DNA of 35,555 bases from an uncultured candidate division WWE3 bacterium (GCA_963765125.1 CAVXUZ010000004.1:258792-294346), one strand, 5' to 3'. Numbered from the stretch's first letter, positions 24,971-35,021 are shown. The notes: generated by a model not told the origin, from the sequence alone. Numbers and translations: made by a program.

Positions 24971-25414
24971 ATGAGCAGACGAAAAAATATCGAGACTTTT
25001 ATGCGAAATTTTACATCGTTTGGTGATACTTTCGTCGCGTTTATTGTTGTTGCAATAGGTACGCAGGACATGGACGTTGTAATTCGCGTAGCACTTGGAT
25101 TATTGCTCATTTACCTTATCGGCGGATTTATTAAATCAATTCTTTTTAAAGAAAGCCCAGCAAAGTCTATTCTTATGGGAATATTTCGAAAAGTTGAATC
25201 GGGTAGTTTTCCGAGTTTGCACGTTGCAAGGAGTAGTTTTGCCTATGGATTCTTGCTTGAGTATTTAGATTTCCCTTTTACTGCGATTCCTGTAATTTTG
25301 GTTTTACTCGTCGCTTTTTCGAGAGTTTTTCTAAAAAAGCACTATATTGTTGATACTATCTTTGGGTTGTTTTTTGGGTTGACGATGTTTTACGTTTTTA
25401 AAATCGTTAGCTAG
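24971..25414 (+). CDS. PAP2 family phosphatase
   Basis: SFPSLH and SRVFLKKHYIVD motifs. Confidence 0.85.
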   Translation: MSRRKNIETFMRNFTSFGDTFVAFIVVAIGTQDMDVVIRVALGLLLIYLIGGFIKSILFKESPAKSILMGIFRKVESGSFPSLHVARSSFAYGFLLEYLDFPFTAIPVILVLLVAFSRVFLKKHYIVDTIFGLFFGLTMFYVFKIVS

Positions 25415-26381
25415 TGAGCATCGCCCTAGCGTCATTTTCCATCAAATCTTTTGTTTTTAAACCGTGTATCGCGCCGATTTCCGTAAGCACCGCAGATGAA
25501 TTTAAAATTCCCCAAACGAGTACCTCTTGTAGAGGTTTGTTGTAAAAAAGTGCTGAGAGGGCACCCGAAGCAAATGCGTCTCCGGCGCCTGTTCTGTCTA
25601 AAATTGGTTTACTAGGACTAAGCGCTTTTATCTCAAAATGGCTGGTACCATCACTAACCGAGGCGCCGTTAGCACCATCTGTAATTACCGTAACCTTTGG
25701 TCCTTGCTCCTGAAGTTTTTTATGTAGGTTTTCGATTGTATCTTTTCCGACTAATACTGAGGCTTCATCTTTGTTTAAAAATAGTACGTGGGTTACTTTA
25801 AGTATGTTTTTAAGCCCTTCTAAACCAGCTTTCATATGATAAGTACCAGGGCTAAAAGCTATTCCAACATCTGGGTTTTTACCTAAGTATTCAACAAGTT
25901 CAGTTTGAAAGTTTTCAAAGCCTGGAGAAACAGAAGTGTAGTAAATCCACTTTGGTTTAGGCCAATTTTGAAGTTTGTAATTACGAATTTCGTGGTGTGA
26001 AAAAATAGTTCGCTCATCACCAAACATAATAATTGGATGAATTCCTGTCTGAGCCCCTTCGTTCTTTTTTATAAAAGTAGTGTCGATGTTTAGAGAATTT
26101 AATTCTTTGATAACGCGTGCACCATTTTCATCGTCGCCAATTTCTGCGTAAATTGCTGTTGAGAGACCTAGTAAAGTAGCACCCGCAGCTACGTTTGCAG
26201 CGTTGCCAGCGACATTTTGCTTAAGCGTTTTTACTGGTATTTTACTGCCGTGAATAAAGCATATTTTCGGGCTTACTGGATCGGCAATTTCTGTGACACC
26301 GCCGCCTTCAACTGCCATAAAAAGATCAATTGAAACGTCTCCGATGGCGAGTAAATCTAGTTTAGAAATGTCATTGGGCAT
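25407..26381 (-). CDS. PfkB family carbohydrate kinase
   Basis: AGNAANVA, IGDDENG, DRTGAGDAFASG. Confidence 0.93.
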   Translation of the reverse strand: MPNDISKLDLLAIGDVSIDLFMAVEGGGVTEIADPVSPKICFIHGSKIPVKTLKQNVAGNAANVAAGATLLGLSTAIYAEIGDDENGARVIKELNSLNIDTTFIKKNEGAQTGIHPIIMFGDERTIFSHHEIRNYKLQNWPKPKWIYYTSVSPGFENFQTELVEYLGKNPDVGIAFSPGTYHMKAGLEGLKNILKVTHVLFLNKDEASVLVGKDTIENLHKKLQEQGPKVTVITDGANGASVSDGTSHFEIKALSPSKPILDRTGAGDAFASGALSALFYNKPLQEVLVWGILNSSAVLTEIGAIHGLKTKDLMENDARAMLTS

Positions 26382-27360
26382 TGTATAAAAACTCCTTAAC
26401 TTTTTTGCAGATATGTTCTGAGTTAAGCTCGTATTTTTCTAGTAGGTCTTCGTATTTTCCAGATTCACCAAACGTATCTTGTACGCCGATTCTTAGCATT
26501 TTAGTTGGTTGTTTTTCTGACAGTGTTTCTGCAATTGCACTGCCAAGACCGCCCGCAACTTGATGCTCCTCGATGGAGACAACGAGCTCTGTTTTTCTCG
26601 CGGCGTTGACAATAGTCTGTGTGTCTAGAGGTTTGATGGTGTGAATATTTATTACTTCCGCGTCGATTCGGTGTTTCATTTTAAGTTCTTGGGCTGCGAG
26701 TAAAGTTTCGTAAACAAGCGAGCCAGTTGTAAAGAGTGTTACGTCAGTTCCATCTCTCAATGTTTGAGCTTTACCAATTTCGAAGGGGGTTTTTTCGGTT
26801 GTGAATTTTGGTGTTTCGTTTTTGTAAACTCTGATGTAAACAGGGCTTTCAAGTAGTGTAGCCTCAAAGATAGCTTTTTTGGCTTGGTGATAATCTGCGG
26901 GTGCGATAACCGTAAGATTTGGGAGTGTTCTCGTGAGTGCAATATCTTCTAGAGCTTGGTGAGTTGCACCGTCTCTCGATGCAGAAAATCCTGTATGACC
27001 ACCAATTATTTTTACGTCAGCGTTGGTATAGCAGACTGCGAGTCTTAGTTGCGCCCAGTTTTGTGAGGGGCTAAAGACAGCGTATGAAGATACAAAAGGG
27101 ATTTTTCCACTAAGTGCAAGACCAGCTGCGATACCCATCATATTTTGTTCTGCAATTCCGACCTGAATAAATCTTTTTGGGAACTTTTCTGCAAATTTAT
27201 CAACTCGTGTTGATTCGGTAAGGTCGGCTGTTAAAACTACTATGTTTTCGTTTTCTTGACCTAGTTCTACTAAAGCGTCACCTACGCCGTCTCGCGTAGA
27301 TGCGATTTCAATGTTTGCGTCAAAAACATCTTCACTTAGAAAAAGGTCTTTTTTAAGCAT
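26371..27360 (-). CDS. Transketolase, C-terminal subunit
   Basis: GIAEQNM, DGATHQALED, EEHQVAGGLGS. Confidence 0.95.
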   Translation of the reverse strand: MLKKDLFLSEDVFDANIEIASTRDGVGDALVELGQENENIVVLTADLTESTRVDKFAEKFPKRFIQVGIAEQNMMGIAAGLALSGKIPFVSSYAVFSPSQNWAQLRLAVCYTNADVKIIGGHTGFSASRDGATHQALEDIALTRTLPNLTVIAPADYHQAKKAIFEATLLESPVYIRVYKNETPKFTTEKTPFEIGKAQTLRDGTDVTLFTTGSLVYETLLAAQELKMKHRIDAEVINIHTIKPLDTQTIVNAARKTELVVSIEEHQVAGGLGSAIAETLSEKQPTKMLRIGVQDTFGESGKYEDLLEKYELNSEHICKKVKEFLYNAQ

Positions 27361-27376
27361 AGGCAGTTTAGCTTTG

Positions 27377-27892
27377 TTATTGGCACTCTGTAATTTCTTT
27401 TACTCTCTCAAACTCAATTTCTCTGGCTGTGGTGCTTATTGCAACCAGGTCTAAAGCAACGTTTTTATTCATAATCTTTTCGCAAGTTTCACCTGGTTCG
27501 GCTTCTCTTACCGAAACGAGTAGTTTGTTGGCATCTTTATCTTCATAGAGTTTTTTAATCTTGATCTCATGGCCTTCAAACTCATTTGTTGAGGTTGTAA
27601 CTGCCAAAACCATCTCTTTATTAAAGTCTATCTTTTCTCGCATAATCAGATATCCTGATTCGTCGACAGTGTTTAAGAAGTTTGTAAGCTCTTCTTCTGT
27701 GGTGATGATTTCTCTAATTTTTTCCATTTCTTTTTGTGTATAGACTGTAGTTGGAAATCCATTAATTCTTCTTACTTCGGGGGATTTATCAATCTTTAGA
27801 AAATTACTATCTTTAAGGAAAAAGAAGTAAACAGCTCCTAAAGCTACTACCAGCACAAAAATTGGAATTATTGTCATTTTTGCTTTATTCAT
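27377..27892 (-). CDS. Membrane-anchored protein with PrcB C-terminal-like domain
   Basis: TM then IDFNKEMVLAV...GHEIKIKKL...EPGETC. Confidence 0.6.
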   Translation of the reverse strand: MNKAKMTIIPIFVLVVALGAVYFFFLKDSNFLKIDKSPEVRRINGFPTTVYTQKEMEKIREIITTEEELTNFLNTVDESGYLIMREKIDFNKEMVLAVTTSTNEFEGHEIKIKKLYEDKDANKLLVSVREAEPGETCEKIMNKNVALDLVAISTTAREIEFERVKEITECQ

Positions 27893-28757
27893 TTTTTATT
27901 CTTCCAGCAAGCGATCTTAGTTGTTTCAGCGCTTGCTTGGCCTCCTTTTTGGTTGGCGGTTTTCCGTGCCATTCAAATTTATACTCCATATAATCTACAC
28001 CTTTTCCAGGAATTGTGTGAGCAATAATTGCGGTTGGACGTTGAGATACAGCCTTAGCCATATTTGTCGCCTTGATTATTTCTTCGTGATTATGCCCATC
28101 AATTTCGATAACGAACCAATTAAATGCTTCAAGTTTTTCTCTTAAGTTTTCAAGCGGCATTACGTGTTCTGTGTAACCGTCAATCTGAATATTATTGCGA
28201 TCGATAATCCAGATTAGATTATTGAGGTTGTGGTTTGGTGCAAACATTGCTGCTTCCCAAATCTGCCCTTCATTGAGCTCCCCATCTCCAGTTATACAGT
28301 AAACCCAGTATTTTTTTTGATCAAGTTTTGCAGCCAGTGCCATTCCGATGGCTTGTGATAAACCCTGCCCGAGTGGTCCACCAGAGTTTTCTATGCCTGG
28401 TAGAGAGTTGTAGTGCGGATGCCCTTGGAGGAGCGTATTGATGTCCCTAAACGTCCACAGCTCTTTTTTTGAGAAATAACCACGTTTGTACAGTGCTGCA
28501 TACCAAATGGGGCATATATGGCCGTTTGAAAGCACAAGGCGGTCTCTGTCGGGGTCGTGCGGCTTGTTTGGGTCGATGTTTAGTATATGAAAGTACAGCG
28601 CAGCAAATATATCAGCCATTCCAAGTGAGCCTGCAGAATGCCCTGATTGAGCATTTAATAAAATTTGAATTGCTAATTCACGCAACTCAACTGCAACTTT
28701 TTCAAGTTCAACAATATTTTTATCGTGCGCATTACCGCCAATTATTTTCTTGGGCAT
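27885..28757 (-). CDS. Transketolase, N-terminal (TPP-binding) subunit
   Basis: SGHSAGSLG, DRLVLSNGH, GDGELNEGQIWEA...N, WHGK. Confidence 0.95.
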   Translation of the reverse strand: MPKKIIGGNAHDKNIVELEKVAVELRELAIQILLNAQSGHSAGSLGMADIFAALYFHILNIDPNKPHDPDRDRLVLSNGHICPIWYAALYKRGYFSKKELWTFRDINTLLQGHPHYNSLPGIENSGGPLGQGLSQAIGMALAAKLDQKKYWVYCITGDGELNEGQIWEAAMFAPNHNLNNLIWIIDRNNIQIDGYTEHVMPLENLREKLEAFNWFVIEIDGHNHEEIIKATNMAKAVSQRPTAIIAHTIPGKGVDYMEYKFEWHGKPPTKKEAKQALKQLRSLAGRIKNE

Positions 28758-28808
28758 TAAATTTAGTATAGCAGAAATGTGTGGTGCCTTAACTCAAAAA
28801 CAGAGTAC

Positions 28809-29384
28809 TTATTTATCAAAACTTTTTAAATACGCTAGTACCTCTTCTGCGGAATGACATATTTTCATCATATTTTCTTCGCCACGGTCGAGGAGCATGT
28901 AAGTCTTAATAAATTTAATGTATTCGTTCCAAAAATCACCAAATAATACAATTGGCCTGCTGTTAGGGTAGTGTATCCAAGAGCTAACCCACGTCATACC
29001 GAGCTCACTAAGTGTGCCAATACTGCCGTTAAAGATGATGTGCGCGTCTGATGTTTGAAGCATGACCTTTGTTCGATCAAAGTAATCTAGAGTAACAACC
29101 TCGAAATCAAATTTATTTTGCTTATCGATTCCTTCGTAGTGTCTTTTTTGCTCACTGGGTTTGTACGTTACTGCGTAGGCGTCTTTACCTGCTGCGTGCG
29201 CTCCCTCGGTTGCTGCCCTCATAACCCCTGGTCCGCCGCCGTTAATAATTTCGTAACCATTTTCAGCTAATAATTTTGCAGTATCGAAAGCTCCTTTATA
29301 CGGCAACTCTTCTACTTTCCACCCTGCACCGCCTAAAAAGGCGATTTTTTTAATATTTGAACTTCTTGGACTTGCTTGAAACAT
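28809..29384 (-). CDS. LOG family (Rossmann-fold nucleotide-binding) protein
   Basis: NGGGPGVMRAATEGA, GSIGTLSEL. Confidence 0.88.
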   Translation of the reverse strand: MFQASPRSSNIKKIAFLGGAGWKVEELPYKGAFDTAKLLAENGYEIINGGGPGVMRAATEGAHAAGKDAYAVTYKPSEQKRHYEGIDKQNKFDFEVVTLDYFDRTKVMLQTSDAHIIFNGSIGTLSELGMTWVSSWIHYPNSRPIVLFGDFWNEYIKFIKTYMLLDRGEENMMKICHSAEEVLAYLKSFDK

Positions 29385-29998
29385 TATTTTTCTAATTCCT
29401 TTAACTTGTTAACTGGATCAGCATTTTTAACTATAGCAGATCCGACAACAAAATTTTCAACACCTAGTAATCGTACTATTTTAATTGTTTCTTCATCCAT
29501 ATGGCCGTCAGTTTGTATTGGAAAATCCGGATGAAGCTCTTTAAATTCTTTGATTTTTTCAAGAACCTTTGGTTCAAAAGGTCTTCCTTGACCGCCGGCT
29601 GTAATGCTTCGAAACTGGACAAAATCAAGGTTAGAGATGTAGTTTTCTAGATCAGCAACTGGCGTGTCGAGATTAATCGTCAGACCTACTTCAAAGCCTT
29701 TAATTTTTGCTTCTTCGATAAACTTTTGAATATCATTTGCACCAATTTCTGCAATTACCCGCGTAAAAGGCTTGTCTAGTTTTACAAGATAATCTGTGGG
29801 GTTGAAAACCATTAAATCAGCTTCAAGCGGTATTTTTGATTTTAGTTTGGTGAGGTTGGTAGCGTCACAGTAGCTTCTTCCGTCTACTTGTATTCCATCT
29901 GCAATGTCAATTTGCAGCAACTTGGCGTCGTTTTCAAGCAAGTTAATTTTCTGTTGGATATCGTCTAGTGTGTTTTCAAGTATTCCTGGGATTATCAT
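29384..29998 (-). CDS. rpe: Ribulose-phosphate 3-epimerase family protein
   Basis: QIDIADG, LMV.NP, GGQGRPF, IQTDG, VVGSAI. Confidence 0.85.
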   Translation of the reverse strand: MIIPGILENTLDDIQQKINLLENDAKLLQIDIADGIQVDGRSYCDATNLTKLKSKIPLEADLMVFNPTDYLVKLDKPFTRVIAEIGANDIQKFIEEAKIKGFEVGLTINLDTPVADLENYISNLDFVQFRSITAGGQGRPFEPKVLEKIKEFKELHPDFPIQTDGHMDEETIKIVRLLGVENFVVGSAIVKNADPVNKLKELEK

Positions 29999-29999
29999 T

Positions 30000-30446
30000 T
30001 TATTTAAAATTGTTATTTTCTATGTTTTCTACCTTTTTAAGTCTGCGTATATGCCTTTCATCGTTGCTAAAGCTTGTTTCAACAAACGTTTTTACGCATT
30101 GTAATGCTGTTTGCTCGTCAATGAAATCTGCGGGGAGTGCAATAATATTCGCATTATCATCTGTTCTTGCAGTTTTTGCCTGTTCCGGAGTGTTTACTAG
30201 CGCGGCTCTTACCCCTCTATATTTATTAGCGAGCATGCTTACGCCTACACCATTTTTGCAAATCACCACACCAAAACCATTATTTATTGTCTCTGCAAGC
30301 AAAGGTACGTAGTCAGGATAATCGTCTGCTATATTGTACTCAAAAGGACCTAAATCATTGATATCAAGACCATCACGGTTAAGGGAGTCTGCTAAATATT
30401 TCTTTAAATTGAAGCCTCCGTGGTCAGATATGATGTAAATTTTCAT
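30000..30446 (-). CDS. rpiB: Ribose-5-phosphate isomerase B
   Basis: SDHGGFNLK, DDYPDY, ICKNGVG, ANK..GVRAA, RHIRRL. Confidence 0.93.
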   Translation of the reverse strand: MKIYIISDHGGFNLKKYLADSLNRDGLDINDLGPFEYNIADDYPDYVPLLAETINNGFGVVICKNGVGVSMLANKYRGVRAALVNTPEQAKTARTDDNANIIALPADFIDEQTALQCVKTFVETSFSNDERHIRRLKKVENIENNNFK

Positions 30447-30471
30447 ATGTACATAGGATACACAAAAATAA

Positions 30472-30876
30472 CTACTCTGTAATCTTGCTTTTTCGTAAAA
30501 AATTTACACAGGCAATTAGAACAGAGACAGCTGCGCTTCCAAGACACCAGTAGCAAAAAGCGTGAATTACAAAAATTTCTATCAACGTGAGATATATTGA
30601 AAAGGCTACACCCCACAAGACCGCAATAGACGCCGTAGTTTTAGCGAATTTAACAGCGTCGTTAGAAAAAAGTATAACAAGTGCAAAGTAGTAAATAAGC
30701 CCCCAAAAACCCAGCGGTATGCCAAATAGGGTAGAGTAGGAGCTTTGTTGAACGATGTCACAACCGCGGTCTAATCCGCAAATTAATGGGTTAGAAGTAA
30801 CCTTTGCGTATGTGAGATACGCTGAAATTAAAATTCCAATAAAACTTAAGGCTAAAAGAAGATTTTTTCTCGTCAT
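30472..30876 (-). CDS. Vitamin K epoxide reductase (VKOR) family protein
   Basis: C....GC..V..S.YS.LFGIP, IHAFCYWC. Confidence 0.92.
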   Translation of the reverse strand: MTRKNLLLALSFIGILISAYLTYAKVTSNPLICGLDRGCDIVQQSSYSTLFGIPLGFWGLIYYFALVILFSNDAVKFAKTTASIAVLWGVAFSIYLTLIEIFVIHAFCYWCLGSAAVSVLIACVNFLRKSKITE

Positions 30877-30918
30877 TCGGGTATTTTACAGTTACCGATG
30901 GGGGAGGAGCAAGAGACG

Positions 30919-31680
30919 CTATTTTGATAATGCTTTTTTAATTCCAAACAGACCAGCAATTATAAAGATGAGAGATATCATCTGAGATACGTTTATTCCA
31001 TGAAATGTCCACGGGTTAATGCGAAAAAAGTCGACAGTAAACCTGGCAGTCCCATAGCCGACAATATACAAGCAAGTAAAAAAGCCGTTTTTGTAGCCGG
31101 TGTGAGGCGTGTGTCCGGTATCGGCTCCTGGGGATGCCTGCCTCACGAAAAGGCGCCAAAGTAGGCTAAAAAGGACTAGGTTAAGCAATGATTCGTACAT
31201 AAATAAAGGATGATAGTAGTCGTTATTTAAATAGGGTGTTACACGCAGGGAGTCGGGGATAAATATACCCCAAGGTAGGTTTGTTGGGAGTCCATAGAGT
31301 TCGTGATTAAAGTAATTAGCCCACCTACCAATAGACTGCCCCAGCGGAGTAACCACGAGAAGAAGGTCCGCCCACTCTAGAAAGGAGCGTTCTCTTTTGT
31401 GAACTTTGAGATACGTATAAAGACCTACAACTCCCCCTATAAGAGCCCCGTAGATGCCCAAACCGCCTTTGTAGACCTGAAAGACCGTTAAAGGGTGTGC
31501 GCTGTATGTTTCAAAATAGTCTATGATATGGTAAAGTCTTGCACCCACAATACCCCCAATAATCACCCACAAAATAATATTCCAATAGGTATTTAATTCA
31601 TATTTTTTTCTAATTACTAATTTTTCAGCTAAAAATAGGGAAATGAGAATTGAAAAAGAGACTATTAATCCGTATGTCAC
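30919..31680 (-). CDS. lgt: Prolipoprotein diacylglyceryl transferase
   Basis: GARLYH, GGLGIYGA, GQSIGRWANYFNHELYG, HPLFMYES. Confidence 0.94.
   Translation of the reverse strand: MTYGLIVSFSILISLFLAEKLVIRKKYELNTYWNIILWVIIGGIVGARLYHIIDYFETYSAHPLTVFQVYKGGLGIYGALIGGVVGLYTYLKVHKRERSFLEWADLLLVVTPLGQSIGRWANYFNHELYGLPTNLPWGIFIPDSLRVTPYLNNDYYHPLFMYESLLNLVLFSLLWRLFVRQASPGADTGHTPHTGYKNGFFTCLYIVGYGTARFTVDFFRINPWTFHGINVSQMISLIFIIAGLFGIKKALSK
31102..31146. repeat. 45-bp GC-rich imperfect palindrome inside lgt
   Basis: GTGAGGC...GCCTCAC termini; encodes a non-Lgt-like loop. Confidence 0.5.
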
Positions 31681-31686
31681 AAAAAC

Positions 31687-32232
31687 CTAAAATAAGGAAA
31701 TACTGTAAACCAAAACAGAAACCATCAAGATTCCGTATAAAATAACTCTGTTTGATGTAGGTGTGCTTTTTAATGCCCAAAACCATTCGGCAATTTTTCC
31801 ATCGTAGTAGAAATCAGTGAATCTAAAGATTGAGTTAGCAAATGTAGAAATAATAAACGCTTTTACTGCAAAGCTTGCTGTTGAAGACATGGCAAATATA
31901 GTTATACCGGCTAAAAGAATTTGAAACAGGGCACTGTTAAGCGTCTTGTCTTCCACTTCATTTTTATTATGCTTGATGTGATCGAGCACGCCTGTTATAT
32001 CTCTATGTGCTAAGTACCCTCTTAGATTTCGTGAGAAATCTTTATCGGGTTCAATGAAATATGCGTAGAGAATGTAATCGAGGTCGAGAGTAAACATTCC
32101 AAGTAAGGTGGCTACTGATATGAAGGCAATGTCTGTGGGGGTTTTAAAAAGTCCTACTGCGAGAAGAACAATAGTAAGCGCGATAACTACCAAAAGCTGA
32201 ATTTTATAGATTTCAAAGAATTTCTTAATCAT
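31687..32232 (-). CDS. Hypothetical multi-pass membrane protein
   Basis: 181-aa ORF with several hydrophobic segments. Confidence 0.8.
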   Translation of the reverse strand: MIKKFFEIYKIQLLVVIALTIVLLAVGLFKTPTDIAFISVATLLGMFTLDLDYILYAYFIEPDKDFSRNLRGYLAHRDITGVLDHIKHNKNEVEDKTLNSALFQILLAGITIFAMSSTASFAVKAFIISTFANSIFRFTDFYYDGKIAEWFWALKSTPTSNRVILYGILMVSVLVYSISLF

Positions 32233-32251
32233 GGGCTATCTTAATGATATT

Positions 32252-32533
32252 TTAATTGTCGTCGTTCTTCAACTCTTTCTCTTTTTTAAGCTCGGCAAGT
32301 TTCCACATAAATAGTTTGCCTTTTTGAGATATTTTTTCAGCGCTTACCGCAAACACCCTAGCAACTTCTAAAAGATTGCGGTTTTCATTCTTTGCAAGTT
32401 TGAGGTATAGCGATCGGTGGCTGCTGTCGTTTAAGTCGTCGGCAAGTTTGTTGCCATACGCTTGAAACTCGTATTTGTTACGGTAATCCCCTTTGATGGA
32501 TTTGTTTTTGATTATATCTTTGATGTTTTCCAT
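32252..32533 (-). CDS. Hypothetical protein
   Basis: 93-aa ORF in operon-like spacing (YEFQAYG..LADDLND..HRSLY.KLAK). Confidence 0.8.
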   Translation of the reverse strand: MENIKDIIKNKSIKGDYRNKYEFQAYGNKLADDLNDSSHRSLYLKLAKNENRNLLEVARVFAVSAEKISQKGKLFMWKLAELKKEKELKNDDN

Positions 32534-32537
32534 AAAC

Positions 32538-32795
32538 CTACTCTTTTTTTGGCAGTGGTGGGAGTGGTGGCATCGGTGGGAGTGCCTGGTGTGAATCCGG
32601 CGCTTCGATTTGTGTTTCAGTATTCATCGCTGGATCTTGTTTAGGTTGTTCGATCACTGGGTTGGCTGGCTGGGTGTTTTCTGGCTCCTCGCCGAAGTTT
32701 TCAATTTCTTCCATTGTTTCATCTACTTCTTGCTCAAGCTCAGGATATTCGTCTATAGGGTCAACTATATCGTTTGCATCATTTGTTTGGTCCAT
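32538..32795 (-). CDS. Acidic, proline-rich low-complexity hypothetical protein
   Basis: 85-aa ORF, SD AAGGAG, C-terminal LPPMPPLPPLP. Confidence 0.7.
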   Translation of the reverse strand: MDQTNDANDIVDPIDEYPELEQEVDETMEEIENFGEEPENTQPANPVIEQPKQDPAMNTETQIEAPDSHQALPPMPPLPPLPKKE

Positions 32796-32813
32796 TTTTG
32801 CTCCTTTAAAAAC

Positions 32814-33170
32814 TTATTTATTTATGTGTTCTTTTGCAAATTTACCAATAACGGGTAGTTCATACTCTTGGTGATTGTATGCTTTCCACATTAAAAATAG
32901 GTAAGCTGCGAAAAGTCCCAAAGATACAAAAGGCATAAGTACTGCACCAATTATTAACACAACTAATGATGTGGTAATCATCCAGATAACTGTTGATGCA
33001 ATACCAAATAGTATTGACTGAAATGCATGAAATCTAACAAACTTATCTTCTTTTTCAATGATATAGAAAGCTATACCTGTGAAAGGAGTAAGTATGTAAG
33101 AAAGTGCTGCAGCCATATTTGGCTCTAAATTTGTATACTTTGAGGAAGTTGAATTTGTGTTTTCGCTCAT
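32814..33170 (-). CDS. DUF4870-like membrane protein
   Basis: NMAAALSY...FVRFHAFQS...KAY...YELPVIG; start at ATG 33170. Confidence 0.85.
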   Translation of the reverse strand: MSENTNSTSSKYTNLEPNMAAALSYILTPFTGIAFYIIEKEDKFVRFHAFQSILFGIASTVIWMITTSLVVLIIGAVLMPFVSLGLFAAYLFLMWKAYNHQEYELPVIGKFAKEHINK

Positions 33171-33209
33171 AAACTTAGTATACACTCCCACATTACCCGG
33201 TAATCATTT

Positions 33210-34998
33210 CTATGTTCCCCGTTGCTGCGTAGGGAGAAGCTTAGCGACACTCTTCTGAGTGGTAGCTTGCTCGGCTTTTTTATCAGTTCTAAAGTAGAGC
33301 AGTCTTGGAAATCTGATAGCGTATCCCGCCGAATGTGATTTTGAAATCGTGATTTCATCACCACCCACTTCTACAACAATAGTTGGTCTTGTAATTACGT
33401 CTGGGGTGTATGCTTTCGGAATATCTACATTTATGGGTGCGGTTTTTACTGCTACTTTATCTGCCTGTTCTTTTAGATAGACCAAATCTTCTTCTTTTAG
33501 ACCTGTTCCCACCTTAGAGACTGTTAAGAATTTCTCTTGTTTTTCATCGTAACTCCTCTGAAAATTTACCGATACCAAACTTTGAACGTTCGCCCCTTCC
33601 CCCGTAATACCCCAGCACAACAGCGTCAATTGAGTCGTCGAGAAGTTTTTCGTCAGCCCTTTTTAACTTAACCCAAGAAAAAGACCTCGCTCCAGCTTTA
33701 TAGGGATCTTGAGGTTTTTTTACAATTAATCCTTCAAGATTCATTTCTTTTGCTTTTTCATAGTATTCAAAAAGAGTGTCGAGATCGTTTTTGTTCTGAT
33801 GTGCTGGGCGGGTTCAATTACTTGCCCGGGCCTAATCACTTTTTGCAGAAGTTCGTTCCTTTTTTCTAGTGGAAGATCCACAAGCGGTTTTCCGTTTAAA
33901 TATAAAATATCAAAAACAAAGTATTTAATGGAATTTCTTCAGACATTTCTTTTCAGCGTGCTTTCTTTTTCTCTGCATAATTTGCTGAAAGGGAAGAAAT
34001 TCACCTGTTTTTTTATCAAGACCAATCACTTCCCCATCGAGAATCACAGAGTCTGCATCGATCTGTGACATCGCCGCGTCGACAATATCTGGAAACTGAT
34101 GTGTTGAATCCTCGAGGTTTCTAGTAAACGTTTTTACTAGATAATCTTCTTTGGTGATTGAGGCAAAAAGCTCTTGTTGCTGTGTATCTACAGTAAATTT
34201 TTTACTTTTATCTATATGAAGTTGCGCCCTCGTACCGTCAAATTTGTATTCTGCCCAGCATTCGCCTATTTTTTGCATTGTTTCTTCGAGCCCTCCGATC
34301 CTCTGTGCTTTTTGTGCTTCTATTGGTATGCCCGTTTCCATAACGATTTTATCAACACCACTAATTCCTTCACTTTTAATTTGTTTTGCGATTAAACCTA
34401 TATTTGGATGAACAAAGTAGCTCGATTCAATTCTTGTCTTAAGCTCCTTGGAGTCAGAAATAAAATTTGATAGCGCGTCAATAATTGTGAGTTCAGTAAA
34501 ACCCAGTCTTGTAGTTCCTAGAATTATTCTCACAATAAACTTTGCTGAGAGTGCGTCTAGCTACGATGTAATAAATCTGCTTACCCCGTAAATCTTTTTA
34601 TCTTGAGAACCTGAACCCTCCGTCTCGGCAATTTTCATCAACCTTTCATGTATGCTAATAACGCTTATATTTGCTAGATCAGAAGTTTTAGCTCTGTTAT
34701 GAAGAATTTCGGCAACGTTACCGAGGTCACCCTCTTTTGGTTCAGTTTAATAACTATGTCTTCGTCGCATTCATAGGCTTTTGCTAATGCTTTTATCATC
34801 ATTTTATCTGCCATATTGAACTTTTGGCTTTCGTACTGGGCTTTTAGGTAACCTAGAGAAAGGTATATGGCTTTATCTATTTCGGTGTGGCTGAGTTTTT
34901 TAATAAGTTCAGAAGAAGTGTTAGCGGTTGTATTTCCAACCTTTTTTGTGGTTGTATTCTAGCCGTTGTAGATAAAGGGAAAATTCTGAAATATTCAT
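33210..34998 (-). pseudogene. ATP-dependent DNA ligase, multiply frameshifted (pseudogene or sequence error)
   Basis: Fragments carry EYKFDG (motif I), ILDGE, EGLIVK...Y.AGAR...WVKLK and IRFPR...R.DK; ATG at 34998. Confidence 0.85.
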
Positions 34999-35021
34999 GA
35001 TGCTATTCTAACACTACATTA

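Noticed and set aside
165-34395. Numerous short antisense or alternate-frame ORFs (e.g. 165-512, 537-854, 6753-7118, 13828-14346, 14478-14822, 28469-28771, 29968-30312)
   Set aside because: They are shadows of well-supported genes, with no motifs or initiation signals.
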